64,000 nt of DNA from an uncultured Methanomassiliicoccus sp. (GTDB lineage Archaea; Thermoplasmatota; Thermoplasmata; Methanomassiliicoccales; UBA472). Both the position numbers and the translations under genes were made by a program. This document shows, piece after piece, positions 9,421 to 18,056 of the stretch. Where the stretch lies: NCBI GenBank assembly GCA_964585915.1, contig CAZPFU010000001.1, positions 31,420-95,419 on the forward strand. The letters run 5' to 3'. Within the stretch, counting starts at the first letter, position 1; each line of letters begins with the position of its first letter. Below the pieces are notes generated by a model. That model was not told the origin of the DNA. It did not search any database and worked only from the letters and a program-made list of their open reading frames with translations.

Positions 9421-10125
9421 CTAATCCTTGCGGCGGAGGGCGGCGATCTCCTCCTTGTGGTCCTTCTTGAACTTGGAGAAGTCGCGCAGGGTGATGAAGG
9501 GTACGGTGTAGAACTTGATGTATGATTTTCCGGACGGACGGTCGTAATGGACGATCGGCACCTCGGCGATCTTCATGCCCTTGAGCGCGGCCAAGGGCAA
9601 TATGAAGCGGTGCAGGCCCTGGTAACCCTCGGGGTCAAAGCCCATGGCCACCGCCTTCTCCCTGCGGAAGGCCTTAAAACCGCTGTTCTGGTCCTTGATC
9701 TGCAGCTTGAACTTGCGGCGGATTATGAACCTGTTGTACGTCCGGGATATGAAACGGCGGATGAAGGTGTCGGTGCGCTCCCGCCTCCAGCCGGTGACCA
9801 CGTCGAACCCCTCGTCCATTTTGGACAGGAAAAGAGGTATCTGCTTGGGCTCGTACTGGCGGTCGGCGTCCATGATGATGACCACCTCGCCCTTGGCCTG
9901 CTGGAAACCGGTACGGATCGCATACGACCGGCCCAGGTTCTTCTCGTGATGCACCGCCCTGACGTTGGAATGGCCCTTGGCCAGCTGGTCGCAGAGCTCC
10001 CCGGAACGGTCGGTGCTGCCATCGTCTATGAGGAGCACTTCCCCGTCGATGTTCTTTTCAGCGTAGACCGCCAGGATGTCCTCGGTGAGCGGTCCCACGT
10101 TCCCTTCCTCGTTCTTGAGCATCAA
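9421..10125 (-). CDS. Family 2 glycosyltransferase (dolichol-phosphate sugar synthase-like)
   Basis: Motifs LIDDGSTDRS and IIMDADRQYEP (DxD). TTG/ATG start at 10125/10122, immediately after the upstream stop, which gives an unusually short N-terminus. Confidence 0.7.
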   Translation of the reverse strand: MMLKNEEGNVGPLTEDILAVYAEKNIDGEVLLIDDGSTDRSGELCDQLAKGHSNVRAVHHEKNLGRSYAIRTGFQQAKGEVVIIMDADRQYEPKQIPLFLSKMDEGFDVVTGWRRERTDTFIRRFISRTYNRFIIRRKFKLQIKDQNSGFKAFRREKAVAMGFDPEGYQGLHRFILPLAALKGMKIAEVPIVHYDRPSGKSYIKFYTVPFITLRDFSKFKKDHKEEIAALRRKD

Positions 10126-10139
10126 GACGGTGGTGCACT

Positions 10140-11159
10140 TCAGTTAAATCCCCTCTGGTTATTGTCGGCCTCCTTGGCGGGGGAGGGCCGGACGCGCTGG
10201 TCTATGACCATGGCTAGCAGGCTGACCGGCACGGACAGCCAGATAGAGGTTATCGCGCTTAAAAGCCCTGCGGTCGCCGCCACGTGCGGGTCCAGCCCGC
10301 TGGCTGTGAACACCGCGGAGGACATGAGGACGTTGCCGCTTCCGGCGGTCAGCACCACCTGACTAAGGGATGCCAGGCTGGCGGAGGCGATCACCGCCAC
10401 CAGCGACACGTGCACACCCAGAGCCTCGATGATCAGGTACAGCCGGACGATCTCATTGGCCCATATGACCGCGGTGAGCACGGCCGGCCAGACCAGCCGC
10501 TTCCAGCTGCCCTTGTAGCTGAGGGCCTCGTTGAAGGAGACCACGGTGTCCATCAGCTTGCCGGAGAGCTTGGCGCCCTTGTCCCCCTTGACGACCTTGG
10601 CGGTCAGCCTGGCTCCCCAGCCGCCCATTTTTAAAAGCAGCTTGGGACGCGCGAGGACGTAAATGAACAGCAGGTTGGCCAGTACCATCAGGGCCACCAG
10701 GAACATCAGGTACCCGCGGAACTCCTCCACGATGTGCGCAAGCAGCAGGAACAGGCTGGTGACCGTGAGGATGGTCAAGAAGGCGAAGTCCATGATACGC
10801 TCGGTGACTACTGAGGCCAGCCCCTTCCCGACGGCCACCCCTTTACGGGTGTTCATCTCGATTATGCGGGAGGTCTCGCCGACCACCCGGCCGGGAATGA
10901 GGTTGTTGATGGCCTGAGATAGGGAGAAGGCGGCGAAAATGGTGCGGAAGGAGATCTCGTATCCGGCGTGGCTCATCAGGACGCCCCAACGGTAGGCCTT
11001 GAACACCAGGTTGACCAGATAAAGAACGACCACCAGGGATATCAGTTCATATCTGATGTCCTTGAGGGCGACCCAGACCTCCTCCGGGTTCGAGGCCAGC
11101 ACTACCAGTATAATGAGGGCGATCGAAACGCCCAGCCTTATCTTGGTGCCAAGGCTCAT
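10140..11159 (-). CDS. Flippase-like membrane protein (LPG-synthase-TM / UPF0104 type)
   Basis: 339 aa with about 8 TM segments. The N-terminal pattern is LISLVVVLYLVNLVFKAYRWGVLM. It is in the same operon as the GT2 gene. Confidence 0.5.
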   Translation of the reverse strand: MSLGTKIRLGVSIALIILVVLASNPEEVWVALKDIRYELISLVVVLYLVNLVFKAYRWGVLMSHAGYEISFRTIFAAFSLSQAINNLIPGRVVGETSRIIEMNTRKGVAVGKGLASVVTERIMDFAFLTILTVTSLFLLLAHIVEEFRGYLMFLVALMVLANLLFIYVLARPKLLLKMGGWGARLTAKVVKGDKGAKLSGKLMDTVVSFNEALSYKGSWKRLVWPAVLTAVIWANEIVRLYLIIEALGVHVSLVAVIASASLASLSQVVLTAGSGNVLMSSAVFTASGLDPHVAATAGLLSAITSIWLSVPVSLLAMVIDQRVRPSPAKEADNNQRGFN

Positions 11160-11339
11160 TCTCCCCGTGGTCCATCCCCTTCCCCGACCAGAACGGACCT
11201 GTCTGTCGTAGCGACGATCGGACCCGTTGGCTGGTTGATGACTAGGATGGACTTATATGAAATTTTGGTAAGTGCGATCGGGTTCAGCAACATGGAGAGC
11301 AACTAATGTAATGCTAAAGGTGCATGACGGGGGGATAGC

Positions 11340-11777
11340 ATGCGCATACTGGTCATCTACGACACCGTCTCCGGGAACACGGAGAGGATCGCCCAGTTGA
11401 TCGCCGAGGAGCTGGGCGTGTCCGGCCACCAGGTCTCCTGCCGCCGCCAATCCGTCTCTGGAGAGGAGGATTTCATGGGCGTTCCGCTATGGGTGATCGG
11501 CTCGCCGACCCATTGGGGCCGCGTTCCCTTCCGCTTCAACACCCTTCTGCGCAACGCTTTGAAGGACGCCGGGAACGATCACGCTTATGTCGCCTTCGAT
11601 ACGCGTTACGAGAAAGTGCACTCCAGCGCCGCTGACCGGATGCACCAGATGATGGTCAAGGGAGGACTGCGACCGTTGATGGGGCCTCAGCATTTTATCG
11701 TGGAGGGCAGTGAGCTGCGCCAGGGCGATGAAGATAGGGCGAGGGAGCTCGGACGTACCATCGCCTCATTGCTCTAG
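11340..11777 (+). CDS. Flavodoxin
   Basis: N-terminal FMN-phosphate loop MRILVIYDTVSGNTERIA and a GSPTHWG motif. 145 aa. Confidence 0.7.
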   Translation: MRILVIYDTVSGNTERIAQLIAEELGVSGHQVSCRRQSVSGEEDFMGVPLWVIGSPTHWGRVPFRFNTLLRNALKDAGNDHAYVAFDTRYEKVHSSAADRMHQMMVKGGLRPLMGPQHFIVEGSELRQGDEDRARELGRTIASLL

Positions 11778-13097
11778 CCCGTCCTCTGGATGGGGATCGT
11801 CCGTCACCACTTCCACGTTCGTGGAGAACAGCAGGAGGATGGCGCAGATTATGAACAGCGAGGAGAGCAGGAAGAGCGCCTCGTAGCCGAAGTACTGGGC
11901 CACCAGGCCGCCGAGGAGCGAGCCGGCTATGGTGGAAACACCGCGGACAGAGGAGTACATGCCCATGGACTGGCTGCGGAACGACCGGTAGGACATCCTG
12001 GCCACCAGGGAGTCTCCGGCCACGGCCAGCAGGGCCCAGCACATCCCGGCCAGACCGCTCAAGACGCACAACAGGGCCAACACGCCCCCTAGCTCCAGTG
12101 GAAGCAGGGTGACCAGGAAGAACGAGGGGAATATGAGCACGCGCAGTCCGAAGGCCAAGGCCTGGACCTTCCTTCCCCCGTACCTCTCCACCAGCATGCC
12201 GGCCTTGGAGTACAGAAGTGCGGACACGAACGAACTGGACAAATACACCGCGAACACCTCGGCGCTGCTCATGCCGACCTGGCGAGCGAGATAGGTAGGC
12301 AACGCCACGTAGAAGCACAGGAAACCAGTGAAGGCCAGGAACACCACCGCGTAGTACCGCCTGAGGTTGGACGGGAAGTTGCGAAGGCGGAGGTTCTTCT
12401 GGGACATCTCCACCACGTAGAGCAGGCGCTGCGGCATGAACCGGATCTTTTCCATAAGGTAGGAGGGGACCTTGAGAAGCTCGATCGGCGGAAACTGATG
12501 GCGACTGAGCTTCTCCAGCGGCTCTTTCATATAGCGCCAGCCCAGGAACACCGAGAGGAAGCCCAAGGCGCCGGCCAATATGAAGAGCGCCCGCATCGGA
12601 TTGGCGTCCCCGTCCGAGGGGAAGGCCATCAGCCAAAGCGTTCCCAGCAGCAGCCCGATGACCCAACCTATGCCCCCGACCTTGCTGAAGTCGCCAAGCC
12701 TTTTAGGCCACTCGTCCTTGCGGAAGCATTCCAGCACCATGACGGTGCCGACGGGGGCGATGGCCGCGCCCAGGAAACCGAAGATGAAGTTGGCGATGTA
12801 GTACTCGGATATGCTCTGCGACAATCCCATGAGGATGAGCGAGAAGGCCACCCCCAGGAAACCGGCCAGAACGAACGGCACGCGGCGTTTGGAGGTGTCC
12901 GAAAGATTCCCCCACAGTATCCCAGCAGGGACCGAGGCCAAGGAGGTAGCTGCGCTGACTATGCCCACCTGGGCCACCGTGCCCTTCAATCCCTCGGTGA
13001 TGAAGAGGGGTATCAGGGCGTTGGTGCTTCCTCCCGAGATGTTGTACGGAAGGAACGAGTAGTACCAGCGGTCATCCTTGAGGCGGTCCTTGGCCAT
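11766..13097 (-). CDS. MFS transporter
   Basis: 443 aa with about 12 TM segments and an MFS-like loop (GNLSDTSKRRVPF). The alternative-frame and opposite-strand ORFs are Arg/Gly/Pro-rich shadows. Confidence 0.65.
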   Translation of the reverse strand: MAKDRLKDDRWYYSFLPYNISGGSTNALIPLFITEGLKGTVAQVGIVSAATSLASVPAGILWGNLSDTSKRRVPFVLAGFLGVAFSLILMGLSQSISEYYIANFIFGFLGAAIAPVGTVMVLECFRKDEWPKRLGDFSKVGGIGWVIGLLLGTLWLMAFPSDGDANPMRALFILAGALGFLSVFLGWRYMKEPLEKLSRHQFPPIELLKVPSYLMEKIRFMPQRLLYVVEMSQKNLRLRNFPSNLRRYYAVVFLAFTGFLCFYVALPTYLARQVGMSSAEVFAVYLSSSFVSALLYSKAGMLVERYGGRKVQALAFGLRVLIFPSFFLVTLLPLELGGVLALLCVLSGLAGMCWALLAVAGDSLVARMSYRSFRSQSMGMYSSVRGVSTIAGSLLGGLVAQYFGYEALFLLSSLFIICAILLLFSTNVEVVTDDPHPEDGLEQ

Positions 13098-13156
13098 GTT
13101 CAGAGGGGATTGTTAGCCCTGGTGGATAAACCCTGCGGTTCCACAAATGACGATGC

Positions 13157-13495
13157 CTATGCCGCTCCCAACAGGACGGCCATCGCCACCGACAACAGCA
13201 CCGCCAGGGACACCAGTACGAACTTGCGGTCGCGTTCCCTGATGAACACGCACAACGCCCCGATGACCCTGGCCAGCGGAGTGATGATGAGCAGCACTAT
13301 GCCCAAGGTCAGGAACGCCGCGGGGTCCATTTCCAGTATTTCGGAGGGTATCCTTTCGAGGGGGACCACCGATGCCTCGTGGCTTCCGGTGACGATCCCC
13401 AGCACTAGCCCGAAGAACATCAGAACCAGGCTCAGGATCATGCCCCAGCGCAGGATCGGCTGCACCACGCCGCAGAGGGTGGACTGGGAGGGCAT
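13157..13495 (-). CDS. Small membrane protein (DUF1634-like)
   Basis: Start taken at MPSQSTL (ATGA overlap with the TauE stop at 13495). 112 aa with 3 TM segments. This is the usual partner of TauE/SafE permeases. Confidence 0.5.
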   Translation of the reverse strand: MPSQSTLCGVVQPILRWGMILSLVLMFFGLVLGIVTGSHEASVVPLERIPSEILEMDPAAFLTLGIVLLIITPLARVIGALCVFIRERDRKFVLVSLAVLLSVAMAVLLGAA

Positions 13496-14367
13496 CAGGC
13501 ACCACCCCATAGGCCGAAGGCCTTCAGGACCATGGTCACCGCTACGATGAACAGCAGCACGGAGAACCACTTGCGCAGGTCGCTGGCCGAATACTTGGCC
13601 ATGAGAATGGTTCCCACGTACGCTCCGGCGAAGGTGCCCAAGGCCACCGCCCCGCACAGGTAGGCGTCGAGAAGCCCGTGGCCGTAGAAGATGATCGCTC
13701 CGGTCAAAGCGGTCACACCGATCATGAAGTTGCTGGTGGCCGCGGCCGCCTTGAGCGGGACGCACATGCAGACGTTCATCACCGGCACTTTGACAAGCCC
13801 GCCGCCCACGCCCAGGAGCCCGGACAGCATGCCGGCGACGCTGCTGTATGCCAAACCCTTCTTCAACCCCTTAACCCCGTAGCTCACCTGGCAGGTGCTC
13901 CTGGGGTCCACGTACTGGCAGGACAGGTCCACCATCTGACCCTCCGCCGCCACCTGTTCGGGGGTGAAAAGAACCTCCGTGCGGCGGAGCATGGTGAAGC
14001 CGGCATATACCAGGAGCATGGAGAAGAGCAGGAACAGCAGGGTCTGGTTGGTGTACACGGCAATGAGCGCGCCGACGATCGAACCGACGGTTGTGGACAT
14101 CTCAAGGAACAGGGCCAGACGGACGTTGGTCAGCCCTTGTTTCACGTACTTGGTGGCGGCGCCGGTGGACGTCGCGATCACGCCTATCAGGCTGGCCCCG
14201 ATGGCCTCCTGCATCGGTATCCCGAAACCGAGCGTCAGCAGCGGGATGATGATAAGCCCTCCGCCGATGCCCATCAGCGCCCCTATGGCCCCGGCGCTCA
14301 TGCACAGCAGGGCGATCAGCAGCAGGACCAGCGTTTCCATCGTGCGGCGATGACCTGATGAGGACAT
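13495..14367 (-). CDS. TauE/SafE-family anion (sulfite) exporter
   Basis: 290 aa with a repeated 4-TM architecture and Gly-rich motifs (GIGGGLIIIPLL, LLGVGGGLVKVPVM). Confidence 0.65.
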   Translation of the reverse strand: MSSSGHRRTMETLVLLLIALLCMSAGAIGALMGIGGGLIIIPLLTLGFGIPMQEAIGASLIGVIATSTGAATKYVKQGLTNVRLALFLEMSTTVGSIVGALIAVYTNQTLLFLLFSMLLVYAGFTMLRRTEVLFTPEQVAAEGQMVDLSCQYVDPRSTCQVSYGVKGLKKGLAYSSVAGMLSGLLGVGGGLVKVPVMNVCMCVPLKAAAATSNFMIGVTALTGAIIFYGHGLLDAYLCGAVALGTFAGAYVGTILMAKYSASDLRKWFSVLLFIVAVTMVLKAFGLWGGA

Positions 14368-14382
14368 AATGCTAGCGGGAGA

Positions 14383-15267
14383 ATGGTTTATTATCCCGGG
14401 CTACATGAAAGGGACATGGGCCTGCTGCTGGTCAGGTACGCGGAGATGGGACTGAAGAGCCCGGGAGTGCGCCGTTACTTCGAGAAGGTGCTCACCCACA
14501 ACATGATGGCCGCCCTGGCCGGGGAGAGGCTGGAAGCCTTCGCAGAGAGCCAGTACGGCCGGCTGTTCGTGACCACCGACCGGCCTCAGGAGGCCGCCGC
14601 GGTGCTCAGGCGCGTTTTCGGCATATCCTCCCTGAGCCTTGTCCAGGAATGCACTTCGGAGGTCAAGGACATCAGGCGTCTGGCGCTTCAGGTGGCCACC
14701 CCGCTGCTGAGCGAAGGTTCCACCTTCCGGGTGGAGGCCCGACGGAACGGGGTGCATCCGTACACCAGCATGCAGCTTGCGGCGCAGGCGGGCGAGGAGA
14801 TATACGAGGCGCACAAGCACCGGGGGGTGCGGGTGGACCTGCATCATCCCGACCTGATCGTGTACGTAGAGGTGCGCGACCGCCGGGCGTACGTGTTCAG
14901 CGAGTACCTGGACGGCCCGGGCGGACTTCCCATGGGCAGCCAGGGTAAGGTGGTGGCCTTGGTCCGCAATGAAAGGGACGCCCTGGCCGCCTGGATGATG
15001 ATGAAGCGCGGTTGCCGCGTGCTGTTCCTGGTGGAGGACGAGGAGGCCATGCGCACCCTGCAGCGCTGGGACCCCGAGCCGCGCCGGGTGAGCGGCCCGG
15101 CCGGCAAGGCCGTGCAGGCCAACAAAGCATTCGGCCTGGTGGTGGGCTGGTCCCTGGAAGAGCTGCAGGAGAACATGACGTTGAACGCCGATGTCCCGAT
15201 GTACCATCCGCTGATCGGGATGGGAAATGAAGAAGTGGAAAGGCGTTTGAAAGAGATCAAAGGGTAG
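14383..15267 (+). CDS. ThiI-like THUMP-domain protein with a degenerate PP-loop
   Basis: ThiI-type N-terminus (LLVRYAEMGLKSPGVRRYFEKVL). The THUMP region ends in GGLPMGSQGKVVAL. Where ThiI has SGGIDS, this protein has VRNERDA (14959-14982). The protein is shorter than typical ThiI. Confidence 0.55.
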   Translation: MVYYPGLHERDMGLLLVRYAEMGLKSPGVRRYFEKVLTHNMMAALAGERLEAFAESQYGRLFVTTDRPQEAAAVLRRVFGISSLSLVQECTSEVKDIRRLALQVATPLLSEGSTFRVEARRNGVHPYTSMQLAAQAGEEIYEAHKHRGVRVDLHHPDLIVYVEVRDRRAYVFSEYLDGPGGLPMGSQGKVVALVRNERDALAAWMMMKRGCRVLFLVEDEEAMRTLQRWDPEPRRVSGPAGKAVQANKAFGLVVGWSLEELQENMTLNADVPMYHPLIGMGNEEVERRLKEIKG

Positions 15268-15276
15268 GCTCTTCGC

Positions 15277-15855
15277 CTACTTTATCTGCCTGTCGTGGGC
15301 CTTGACGGACGGGCGCGCCTTCTCCGCACCCTTGCCCTTCCAGTGCAGACCGCGCCCCTTGCGTCCGGCGGAGGTCTTGCCGCGGAACACCCGGTTCTTG
15401 TTGGCGTTGTCGCACAGCCAGTTCAGGTTCTTGTCCGCCTTGATCGAGGGGTGGTGCTTGTCCACCAGGATGATCTCGTACCAGACGTTCTTGCCGTCCT
15501 CGCCGACCCAGTAGGAGTTGAGCACCTCGAGGTTGGGGTAGCGCTTGGCGGCCCTCTCCTCGGCTATCCGCTTCAGGCTCTTGCCCATGGTAATCTTCTT
15601 CATACCCTCGCGCTTGGCGCGGCGCCCCTTGTATCCGAAGCGCTTCTGCAGGCCGCCCTTGCGGACGTGGCCGCGGACCATGATGATGCCCTGCTTGGCC
15701 TTGTAGCCCAGAGCGCGGGCGCGGTCCAGACGGGTGGGCCTCTCCAGGCGGCAGAAGTTGGGCTCCCGCCTCCAGATGATGAGCCTCTCCCACATCAGTC
15801 CCTTCACGTAAGAAGCATCGGGCCGGTCCCAGGCGTCGGAGATGTAAGAGTACAT
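15277..15855 (-). CDS. rpl15e: Ribosomal protein eL15 (L15e)
   Basis: [13 protein letters not shown]...[33 protein letters not shown] is a classical L15e sequence. Start placed at MYSY; upstream in-frame ATGs at 15915 and 15936 are possible alternatives. Confidence 0.85.
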   Translation of the reverse strand: MYSYISDAWDRPDASYVKGLMWERLIIWRREPNFCRLERPTRLDRARALGYKAKQGIIMVRGHVRKGGLQKRFGYKGRRAKREGMKKITMGKSLKRIAEERAAKRYPNLEVLNSYWVGEDGKNVWYEIILVDKHHPSIKADKNLNWLCDNANKNRVFRGKTSAGRKGRGLHWKGKGAEKARPSVKAHDRQIK

Positions 15856-15928
15856 GCTCTTTCCGTTCACTGGCCTGGGCCCTTCCTCGTTATCGTCTAC
15901 CTTCTTGTCTACCATTTGTATCACCAGT

Positions 15929-15994
15929 GCCGCCAATGGCGGCGCTTCGGGATTCGCCCCTTACGGGGTACAACTCCGGCGAGACTTGTCTCGC
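15929..15994 (-). promoter_or_regulatory. Three consecutive perfect hairpins in the presumed rpl15e 5' leader
   Basis: On the plus strand: GCCGCC-AAT-GGCGGC (15929-15943), CCCC-TTAC-GGGG (15957-15968) and GCGAGAC-TT-GTCTCGC (15979-15994). A TATA-like TTTAAATA (minus strand) lies at about 16024-16031. Confidence 0.3.
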
Positions 15995-16077
15995 TACGAA
16001 GGCCACAGATAATGTAGCCTTATTTAAATGATTTGACGCATAAGTAAAGGTCAGATATCTATCCAGTCTTTGGTCGT

Positions 16078-16713
16078 TCATGTCTTGGATCGACTGATGA
16101 GCTTGTTTTTAGATTTCAATGAGTTGATTGATTCTACGGCGATGTGAACGTTCGTGCACGGATTCGGCATATCGATCGCTTCGCGACCTTTTAAACCATT
16201 TTTATCCCAAATGTGATCAGCACGCGTCAATGCCCTATTCATCAAAGGAAATAGCACCCCATTGAAATTTCCAGATTTTGAATAACCTTTGATGAACTTT
16301 CCTACCAATGATGTTAATTCCCCTACTGTCATAAATCGTTCTACATCGGTGAAATGGATAGCTATCCATAGCTCGAAACAGGGATTGGATGCTGCCAATA
16401 GGATATTGTTCTCGCGCGCGATCTTTGCCGCCCTCTGAAGTTTTTTTTCCGGGTTGTTATCAAAATCGAATACGCAAATCGCGAGATCTCCGTCCTCTGG
16501 TTCGATCCCATAATGTCCCATCTGCTTTTTACAGAACCTTACGAGGTTCTCAGCATCGGTCACTGATGATATTGGAGTGATTATTGAGACATTGCACCAT
16601 CGTTCTTTTAGTCCGGAAAAATATCGTTTCTCAGTTGTTCCTTCAGTTACTAACAGCACCCGATTGCGTGCCTTCCGACCGCTCTCAATTCTTTCGAGCG
16701 GCCTACCCATCAT
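16078..16713 (-). CDS. RloB-like protein (AbiLii-type)
   Basis: N-terminal LLVTEGTTEKRYF matches the RloB signature (hhh.EG..TE..YF). 211 aa. The ATG overlaps the stop of the upstream ATPase (ATGA). The DNA is visibly AT-richer than its flanks. Confidence 0.7.
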   Translation of the reverse strand: MMGRPLERIESGRKARNRVLLVTEGTTEKRYFSGLKERWCNVSIITPISSVTDAENLVRFCKKQMGHYGIEPEDGDLAICVFDFDNNPEKKLQRAAKIARENNILLAASNPCFELWIAIHFTDVERFMTVGELTSLVGKFIKGYSKSGNFNGVLFPLMNRALTRADHIWDKNGLKGREAIDMPNPCTNVHIAVESINSLKSKNKLISRSKT

Positions 16714-17975
16714 AGCACCTTGCCTGGAACGATGGCGGGTATGGCTCCGTATCGCCCAAGCTGATATGCCTTCTGGATATCACGGTCCTTCCGTTCTCCG
16801 AACTCCACAAGGGAGTACAGCTCGGAAGCCCCGGTCTCTGGATCCTTCTCAGTGAACCAGATCTGATCGCGGCGGAACAGTTCCTGGTCCAGAAGTAACT
16901 GGTTGTGGCTGTTGAATATCAATTGGGCACCGTGTTTATTTTGTTCAGGATCGTGAAATAGCTCTACCAGCCACGTGCTTATATCATGATGGAGCTTGGT
17001 GTCCAGTTCATCAACGACCAGCGTTCCCCCTATCTGCAAAGCTTCGATGATCGGGCCGATTATGCTGAAGAGCTTTCGTGTGCCCTCTGATTCGAAAATG
17101 TGAGGGAGGTCGATCTCGCTCTCTGACCCATCCGCGCCTACCACTCTGTGTTTGAACCTTAGGTCTGTCTGCAGGGCTTCGTTCCCTACCATGGTCATAA
17201 CGGCCAGTAATTGTGGGGGGAAACTGTTATAGAGCTTTTGAAGTGGTACTTTCTTTAATCGGCCCTCTACACCAGTGATGCCCAGGTCCGCGCTCTGTAA
17301 CGCTTGAACCATCAGCTTTTTGGCCTTTTTATTGTGGTTCATATACTCTATGGCATTGTTTATCAAGCCCGGCGAGTCGGTATTGTCAAGGGCGACCAGT
17401 CCCTTGGTGAACCATGTGAACGCAGGCATGTTCCTTGAATAATTGAATTGAACGGAGGTGGATAAGTACAGTGCATTCTCCAAAGTCCTGCGCGATATTA
17501 CCTCCTGCTCCTTTTGATCGACATTAAAAGTAAATTCGTTCCCTTTCCTGGAAAATATCGATGAGATCCTGCCATTCGGATAATACGATAGTTCTTCGGC
17601 TACAATTCGTTCCTTATCATAAGCCATTGAATAATTGTACCGAACCCCCTCATGTACATAGATCGCGCTGAATGAGGTGGGCTTGTTCATACTGTCTTTA
17701 TCGAAAGCGAATGGTTGATGGTTCAATCTTATTCCTTTTTGATGGGTGTGGGAATTGACCACGAAATTTTTCATGATGGTCAACGCCAGAACCAGATTGG
17801 ACTTACCAGATGCATTGGCACCATAGATGACGGAACTGTTGAGAGCTCGTTTTCCCTTCAGCGCTTCTACATCGGTCAGATTGTCCGGACTGCTTTTATC
17901 CGATGATGCGAGCATGCTGAGAGTTGTTTTATCCCGAAACGACCTGAAGTTCTCCACGGTGAATTCGAGGAGCAT
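16710..17975 (-). CDS. AAA/ABC-type ATPase (AAA_21-like, AbiLi/RloA-type)
   Basis: N-terminus MLLEFTVENFRSFRD. Walker A GANASGKSN. Walker B plus H-loop LVVDELDTKLH. 421 aa. Confidence 0.7.
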   Translation of the reverse strand: MLLEFTVENFRSFRDKTTLSMLASSDKSSPDNLTDVEALKGKRALNSSVIYGANASGKSNLVLALTIMKNFVVNSHTHQKGIRLNHQPFAFDKDSMNKPTSFSAIYVHEGVRYNYSMAYDKERIVAEELSYYPNGRISSIFSRKGNEFTFNVDQKEQEVISRRTLENALYLSTSVQFNYSRNMPAFTWFTKGLVALDNTDSPGLINNAIEYMNHNKKAKKLMVQALQSADLGITGVEGRLKKVPLQKLYNSFPPQLLAVMTMVGNEALQTDLRFKHRVVGADGSESEIDLPHIFESEGTRKLFSIIGPIIEALQIGGTLVVDELDTKLHHDISTWLVELFHDPEQNKHGAQLIFNSHNQLLLDQELFRRDQIWFTEKDPETGASELYSLVEFGERKDRDIQKAYQLGRYGAIPAIVPGKVL

Positions 17976-18011
17976 GAATTATGCTTACGAGATTGTTAGA
18001 TAAATAAATTT

Positions 18012-18024
18012 GTGATAAAATCAC
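18012..18024. promoter_or_regulatory. Palindrome GTGAT-AAA-ATCAC between the polB stop and the ATPase start
   Basis: Perfect 5+5 inverted repeat in the 81-nt AT-rich spacer. It could be a polB terminator hairpin or an operator for the inserted pair. Confidence 0.25.
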
Positions 18025-18056
18025 GTTTTTTGATTTTTAATTATTATATCAATAAT

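Noticed and set aside
11695-13550. Long ORFs 11695-12666 (minus strand) and 12498-13550 (plus strand) overlapping the MFS transporter and the DUF1634/TauE genes
   Set aside because: They have Arg/Gly/Pro-rich composition and no TM pattern or motifs. The alternative ORFs give clean membrane-protein translations.
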